32,000 bases of DNA, from the NCBI RefSeq assembly GCF_013177435.1, contig NZ_CP053627.1:2190001-2222000 (forward strand), written 5' to 3'. Below the pieces are notes generated by a model, which had not been told where the DNA came from, did not search any database, and saw only the letters and a program-made list of their open reading frames with translations. The stretch is from Xylella taiwanensis (GTDB taxonomy: Bacteria > Pseudomonadota > Gammaproteobacteria > Xanthomonadales > Xanthomonadaceae). Position numbers and translations under genes: made by a program. Positions within the stretch are counted from its first letter, which is position 1. Each line of letters opens with the position of its first letter. Shown here in pieces: positions 27,105-32,000 of the stretch.

Positions 27105-28823
27105 TTGTCATGCATACAAGAAATACGCGCAACTCACCACCAATTTATTAAGGTGTATGACAACGTGACCACCCACGATACTCCGTACCGCATCTTGATC
27201 GTTGAAGACGACCGTTCACAGGCACTGTTCGCAAAAAGTGTGCTGCAAGGCGCTGGCATACATGCTCAGGTCGAGCTGTCTGCATCTGAGGTGCTAAAAG
27301 TGATCAAAGACTACCGCCCAGACTTGATCTTGATGGATTTGAACATGCCGGAACTGGATGGTATCAGTCTGACCACACTGATACGCAAGCAACCAGGTCA
27401 ACATCTATTACCGATAGTGTTTTTGAGCGGCGATCCAGATCCGGAAAAGCAGTTTGAAGTACTTGATAGCGGTGCCGACGATTTTTTAATTAAACCAATC
27501 CAACCTCGCCACCTAATTGCCGCAGTCTCCAATCGGATCCACAGGCTCCGCCAACAAAACACACGAGAGGCCGATATCCAGATAACTGTTCAAAATACCC
27601 CAGTCACCTGGCTTCCAACTCGTGCACATATCATGGAGCAGTTAGACGTAGCTCTTAGCAATGGTGCACAAGGTGGCTTGTTTTTTATCGAAGTGAGCGG
27701 CGCACTGAATCTACGCGAGCACTATGGTTACATTGCTTTCGAGCGATTGATGAATCAAGTTGAATACCATTTGATGCAAGGAGCACATCCCTACTCACTC
27801 GCACGCATCAGTGATCATAGCTTCCTGCTGCTAGCCACAGACTTAGCATCAACCGAACATCAAGCTCTGGCCGTACACCTACGTCAGCATCTGGCCACGC
27901 TGCCACTGCCAATACAGGACGACGAATTAGTACATCTACGCAGTGCAATCGGCTACGCCGGACTGAACCAAGGCTTCAAGGACGCTGGCAGTGCAGTGGA
28001 AGGTGTGGAACGTGCCACCCTACAAGCACGCCAAAAAAGCGAAGGGATATACGCCTACGTACCACCGCAAGCAGCAGAGAATGCCGCACACCTGGCTTTA
28101 CTTGATGGTCAGTTGGAATTGGCTTACCAACCGATAGTCGCAGTGGCTGGAAGTGATACTGCGCAATACCAAGTACTGCTGCGTTTGCGTAAGGCCGACG
28201 GCAGCTTGCTGTCAGCTGCTCTGGTGGTCCCTGCTGCGGAGGCAGTAGGCCGCATCATGGCGCTGGATGAGCAAGTAATGGAACAAACATTGGACATACT
28301 GAAACTGCACCAAGACACCAATCAACAGTTGAGGCTTTTTGTCTCGCAATCTGTACGCACACTAATACATGAAAGTTTCGCCGACCGACTCATCAAAAAT
28401 CTACAGGACCGCAATGTCAATGGTACCGGGCTGGTGATCGATGTGCGTTTGGAAGACGCAGTCATCCACACCATACGCCTCCAGCAGTTCTGTAAACGAC
28501 TACTGGAACACAACGTACAGTTCTGTCTAAGCCAATTCGAAGCCAACTCAGAAGCCACTGCTTTGCTTGGCGAGTTACCACTCAACTTTGTGCGCCTATC
28601 TCAGCATTTTGGGGACACGCACAACCACCCAGAGCGGCAAAAAGAGCTACGCATGCTGATTGAACAAGCTCATCAACACAACACGCATGTCATTGGTCAA
28701 TGTATCGAAGACGCACAAGCCGCTACGGTGATGTGGATGAACGGGGTCGACTTGATACAAGGTAATCTGTTCCAGAACGTCAGCAAAGAGCTTAACTTCA
28801 ACTTTCACGACACGGTGCTCTGA
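27105..28823 (+). CDS. Response regulator with REC, degenerate GGDEF and degenerate EAL domains
   Basis: The REC domain is intact (ILIVEDD, LILMDLNMPELDG, LIKP). SDHSF (27810-27824) replaces GGDEF. QVL (28170-28178) replaces EAL, and other recalled EAL catalytic positions are also altered (VSQS for VNLS, SQFE for DDFG, VRLS for LKID, GQCIE for AEGVE). The start is uncertain: TTG 27105, GTG 27153, or GTG 27165 (the last with AAGGTG 9 nt upstream). Confidence 0.85.
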   Translation: MSCIQEIRATHHQFIKVYDNVTTHDTPYRILIVEDDRSQALFAKSVLQGAGIHAQVELSASEVLKVIKDYRPDLILMDLNMPELDGISLTTLIRKQPGQHLLPIVFLSGDPDPEKQFEVLDSGADDFLIKPIQPRHLIAAVSNRIHRLRQQNTREADIQITVQNTPVTWLPTRAHIMEQLDVALSNGAQGGLFFIEVSGALNLREHYGYIAFERLMNQVEYHLMQGAHPYSLARISDHSFLLLATDLASTEHQALAVHLRQHLATLPLPIQDDELVHLRSAIGYAGLNQGFKDAGSAVEGVERATLQARQKSEGIYAYVPPQAAENAAHLALLDGQLELAYQPIVAVAGSDTAQYQVLLRLRKADGSLLSAALVVPAAEAVGRIMALDEQVMEQTLDILKLHQDTNQQLRLFVSQSVRTLIHESFADRLIKNLQDRNVNGTGLVIDVRLEDAVIHTIRLQQFCKRLLEHNVQFCLSQFEANSEATALLGELPLNFVRLSQHFGDTHNHPERQKELRMLIEQAHQHNTHVIGQCIEDAQAATVMWMNGVDLIQGNLFQNVSKELNFNFHDTVL

Positions 28824-28825
28824 GG

Positions 28826-30073
28826 GTGACTCAGGGCCCGCAGAACTGCACTTGGAGCTGCCTAACCACAGCAACAGTCACTGCAATCACAACAAGCATC
28901 GCAATTTATTGTTTAGCTGATGCCTACGCTGCATTACCTCGGTTTGTTTTCGGCATCATCGTTACTATTCTCCTGCTTGGCACGATATTGCTCGTCACCC
29001 GCAGGCTTAACCATCTATACATAGCTCTGATGACTTACTCATCACACGCAAAACATGCAGAAGCTGAGTGTGATCGCCTGCAACAGGAGCTAGACCAGCA
29101 TGGCAAACTCAAGCAAGAGTTAGTGATGGCCAAACAAATTGCAGAAGCGTCAGTGTTGGCTAAGAGCGAGTTCTTGGCCACGATGAGCCACGAGATCCGT
29201 ACCGCACTCAATGGCATCATTCCGATCCTAGAACTAATTGCTAAAAGCGAGCTCAAACGCGAACAACGCGATTTGTTGCAAACCGCAACTGAAAGCTCGC
29301 TGCAACTGCTGCGTATCGTCGACGACATCTTGGACTATTCTAAGTTGGAAGCAAAAAAACTTGAATTGGAAATCACCACGTTCAACTTGCGTGAGTTACT
29401 CGAAGGTGTGACGCTGCTGATGCAACACGTCTCCGAGAGCAAGCGTCTCGCACTCGAACTGTCGATCGATCCCACAGTCCGCCTGTTAGTACGCGGCGAT
29501 CAGGTGCGGTTGCGTCAAGTGCTTAGCAACCTGATCGGCAACGCCATCAAGTTCACCGAACGCGGCCGCGTTGACATAAAGTTGCGCCGACTTGGCGAAA
29601 ACCGCACCCAGCACCTGCTGCGTTTCGAAGTACACGATACTGGTATCGGTATTTCTTCCGAACAGCAAGCACGGCTGTTCTCTTCGTTCAGCCAAGCTGA
29701 TGCTTCAACCACGCGCCTGTATGGCGGCACTGGTTTGGGCTTAGCAATCTGTAAACGTATTATTGATCTAATGAGTGGGCGAATCGGGATAGAATCACAA
29801 CTTGACGTCGGCTCCACGTTATGGTTCGAAATCCCACTGCTGAAGGTAGCTGGTGAATTAAACCCCCATACCAATACAGGTCAGCGTGTGCTGCTGGTCT
29901 GCAGCGATTCACACCTCAGTCAACGCGTGTACCAACTTCTGAAAACACACAACATGGATGTGGTTGTAACTGAAACAACACAGGAATCCATGGAACAGCT
30001 ACGTCAAGCCAACGCGCTGCTACGCTTCGACGTGGTCATTGGTGACCACCTCAGTGTGCGCTACATCGCGTAG
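28826..30073 (+). CDS. Membrane histidine kinase (HisKA and HATPase_c) ending inside a receiver-like domain; 5' part of a broken hybrid kinase
   Basis: GTG start 2 nt after the regulator's stop. Two TM helices with almost no periplasmic loop, then a coiled coil. H-box SEFLATMSHEIRTALNGI (His codon 29189-29191), N-box NLIGNAIKFT and G-box GGTGLGLAICKRII. A receiver-like segment (VLLVCSD..FDVVIGDH) follows and is cut by the TAG at 30071-30073. Confidence 0.85.
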   Translation: MTQGPQNCTWSCLTTATVTAITTSIAIYCLADAYAALPRFVFGIIVTILLLGTILLVTRRLNHLYIALMTYSSHAKHAEAECDRLQQELDQHGKLKQELVMAKQIAEASVLAKSEFLATMSHEIRTALNGIIPILELIAKSELKREQRDLLQTATESSLQLLRIVDDILDYSKLEAKKLELEITTFNLRELLEGVTLLMQHVSESKRLALELSIDPTVRLLVRGDQVRLRQVLSNLIGNAIKFTERGRVDIKLRRLGENRTQHLLRFEVHDTGIGISSEQQARLFSSFSQADASTTRLYGGTGLGLAICKRIIDLMSGRIGIESQLDVGSTLWFEIPLLKVAGELNPHTNTGQRVLLVCSDSHLSQRVYQLLKTHNMDVVVTETTQESMEQLRQANALLRFDVVIGDHLSVRYIA

Positions 30074-30096
30074 TACAACGTGCCAAACAGGAAAAG

Positions 30097-31152
30097 TTGC
30101 CTCGGATGGTCTGGCTCCATGGTGAAGAGCCCATGAGTGAGGAATTGCTTTCACACAGTGAGCAAGTGTCGCGTCTAGCACCAGATGTCGCCCTGCTGGC
30201 AGCGCTTAGTCCAGACGAGCGCGCCCAACCTGACACAACTATAGCTAACGACATATCGGTACCATTAAAACGCCGTGAGGCACGCATCTTGTTGGTGGAA
30301 GACAATCCAGTAAACCTAGCAGTGGCACAGAAAATCTTGATCATGCTTGGCTACCAACCAGATAGTGCTGTGCACGGTAAAGCTGCCCTGCAAAGCATGC
30401 AACATATTCACTACGACCTTGTATTCATGGATTGCCAAATGCCAGTGCTTGATGGCTATGCAGCGACTCGCTGCTGGCGTGATCAGGAGAACCCGCAGGG
30501 TCCACGTCTACCAATCGTGGCAATGACCGCTAAGGCCATGACTGGTGATCGCGAACGCTGTCTGGAAGCAGGTATGGATGAATATCTGTCAAAACCTATC
30601 TCGCACAAGGAAATCGAAGCCTGCCTGCACCGCTGGCTCTCTCCCGCTCCGATCACCTTAAGGACCCTGACTCCAGGCACTGAAGTTCTTTCCAGCTCTG
30701 CAATAAAGGGTGTATCCCCCATTGTCGAACCTAAATCCGCAACCGCATCGGTGATGCAAACGGTTACAGCACCGGATAAGGACCATACCACCACTGACCT
30801 ATCGGTACTCGATCATGAACTGCTCGCGGAACTGAAAAAAATCGCCGGTAAAGACATGGATCACATCATTTATCTGTTTTTGAAGGACGCACCTAAACTG
30901 ATCACGCAGCTGCAGGAAAGCGCCACAAGGCACGAAACTAATCTACTGAGCCAAGCGGCACACACACTAAAATCCTCTAGTGCTAATGTCGGCGCCCTGG
31001 CAGTCTCAGATGCAGCACAACGCATCGAATCGGCAGCACATAGCGGGGACACTAAGCTGGCCGACACGATGGTTGCGCTTTTAGTAACGGAATACGAACG
31101 CGTTCGACCAGCTTTGAACCTGAAGATTGCTCACCTGTTTGGCGCTGAATAG
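30097..31152 (+). CDS. Receiver (REC) plus HPt phosphotransfer protein; 3' part of the broken hybrid kinase
   Basis: REC domain: ILLVEDNPVNLAVA, LVFMDCQMPVLDG, IVAMTAKA, YLSKP. HPt domain: AHTLKSSSANVGA. This frame is open from 30046 and overlaps the end of the upstream ORF. Possible independent starts are TTG 30097 or ATG 30106, with AGGA about 13 nt upstream. Confidence 0.8.
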   Translation: MPRMVWLHGEEPMSEELLSHSEQVSRLAPDVALLAALSPDERAQPDTTIANDISVPLKRREARILLVEDNPVNLAVAQKILIMLGYQPDSAVHGKAALQSMQHIHYDLVFMDCQMPVLDGYAATRCWRDQENPQGPRLPIVAMTAKAMTGDRERCLEAGMDEYLSKPISHKEIEACLHRWLSPAPITLRTLTPGTEVLSSSAIKGVSPIVEPKSATASVMQTVTAPDKDHTTTDLSVLDHELLAELKKIAGKDMDHIIYLFLKDAPKLITQLQESATRHETNLLSQAAHTLKSSSANVGALAVSDAAQRIESAAHSGDTKLADTMVALLVTEYERVRPALNLKIAHLFGAE

Positions 31153-31153
31153 T

Positions 31154-31624
31154 TCAATCTTCCAACTTTGTAAGCAGGTAGTTAGGTTCCCCAATTCGCT
31201 TGACAATATCCAATTGCATTTCAATCCAATCGATATGCTCTTCTTCAGAATTGAGAATATCGACCAACAGCTCCCGGCTGACATAGTCCTGTACCGATTC
31301 AGTGTAAGAAACTGCCTCACGCAGTAATGCAACGGCCTCTTGCTCCAACGCCAAATCGCAACCGAACATTTCGGTTGGACTCTCACCGATACGCAACTTA
31401 CCTAACGCCTGAAAATTCGGCAAGCCATCAAGGAAGAGTATACGATCCGATAGCCGATCAGCGTGTTTCATTTCATCAATAGATTCCTTGTACTCGTGCT
31501 CAGCAAGCTCAGCCAGCCCCCAGTTCTTCAACATCTTCGCATGCAAAAAGTATTGGTTAATGGCTGTCAACTCGTTGCAGAGCACTTTATTAAGATATTC
31601 GATGACCTTGGCATTGCCCTTCAT
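31154..31624 (-). CDS. bfr: Bacterioferritin
   Basis: 156 aa starting [31 protein letters not shown], with ferroxidase-centre Glu/His positions. A very typical Bfr sequence. Confidence 0.95.
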   Translation of the reverse strand: MKGNAKVIEYLNKVLCNELTAINQYFLHAKMLKNWGLAELAEHEYKESIDEMKHADRLSDRILFLDGLPNFQALGKLRIGESPTEMFGCDLALEQEAVALLREAVSYTESVQDYVSRELLVDILNSEEEHIDWIEMQLDIVKRIGEPNYLLTKLED

Positions 31625-31705
31625 ACAACATCTCCGGTAGAAAATTACAAGTACTGTAGCTTTCCTGATCTACTGGTGAAGGAACGAAAATCGTGTTCAT
31701 TACGA

Positions 31706-31954
31706 TTACCTCGTAGGGCACATAGTTCCCACATCAAGCAACGCTGGTCGATTTACAGTTGGCATAACACACTCAGCACGTGCTTTACCAAGGAGCTCAG
31801 CAGCCGCATTCAGGCAAGAACCGCAACTGGAACCACAGGCAGTACGCATGGTAAGTTCAGTGAGATTGGCACAACTGGCAGCGACTTCGTAGATATGGTC
31901 ATCGGTGACAGCGTTACAGATACAAATGTACACGCGCGGCATAATGAATGGCAT
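31706..31954 (-). CDS. bfd: Bacterioferritin-associated ferredoxin (Bfd, 2Fe-2S)
   Basis: Contains YICICNAVTD and CGSSCGSC cysteine motifs and lies directly upstream of bfr. The start is ATG 31954 or ATG 31942. Confidence 0.85.
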   Translation of the reverse strand: MPFIMPRVYICICNAVTDDHIYEVAASCANLTELTMRTACGSSCGSCLNAAAELLGKARAECVMPTVNRPALLDVGTMCPTR

Positions 31955-31984
31955 CCCTTAAACGGGACACAACCATTTAACCAC

Positions 31985-32000
31985 ATAATGAGAATGAATG
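31985..32000. promoter_or_regulatory. Candidate Fur box upstream of bfd, truncated by the window end
   Basis: ATAATGAGAATGAAT matches 12 of 15 positions of the recalled Fur consensus core ATAATGATAATCATT. It lies 31-46 nt upstream of the bfd start, and iron-storage genes are a typical Fur context. Confidence 0.35.

Noticed and set aside
30046-30073. Programmed ribosomal frameshifting as the explanation for the split hybrid kinase.
   Set aside because: The overlap (CCACCTCAGTGTGCGCTACATCGCGTAG) contains no slippery homopolymeric heptamer, and I found no obvious downstream stimulatory structure.
1-32000. A search by eye for tRNA, rRNA, CRISPR repeats, IS terminal repeats or transposase, integrase, and toxin-antitoxin or defence-gene signatures.
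   Set aside because: None was found. The only GGTTCGAA-like string (about 29824) is inside the kinase coding sequence. There are no regularly spaced direct repeats and no DDE or tyrosine-recombinase motifs.

Overview
The window reads as a chromosomal core region of a Xanthomonadaceae-type gammaproteobacterium. By eye the GC is about 50-55%. Gene order and a heavy pseudogene load suggest Xylella or a close relative, but that is inference, not a search result.

Left to right:
- recB (5' part) and recC on the minus strand.
- A complete mlaFEDCB-mlaA phospholipid-transport operon.
- rmuC.
- A two-gene NitT/TauT-like ABC importer with no binding-protein gene.
- An APC-family amino-acid permease.
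- rlmI.
- A yybP-ykoY (Mn2+) type leader in front of a TerC/Alx membrane protein.
- About 5 kb of decayed or unassignable DNA, including a glpQ pseudogene and a TonB-dependent receptor pseudogene.
- An erpA / bactofilin / membrane coiled-coil cluster.
- A 0.75-kb AT-rich stretch with no ORF of 60 aa or more.
- A signalling operon: a REC-GGDEF-EAL response regulator with both catalytic motifs degenerate, followed by a hybrid histidine kinase broken into two ORFs.
- bfr and bfd.

I saw no rRNA, tRNA, CRISPR array, IS element or recognisable phage or defence genes. I do not see a clear novel multi-gene system. The best candidates for follow-up are the degenerate c-di-GMP-type regulator with its sensor-less split kinase, the binding-protein-less ABC pair, the bactofilin-associated membrane protein, and the unassigned segment at 19.6-21.1 kb. 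All family assignments rest on motifs recognised by eye and recalled consensus sequences; nothing was searched.
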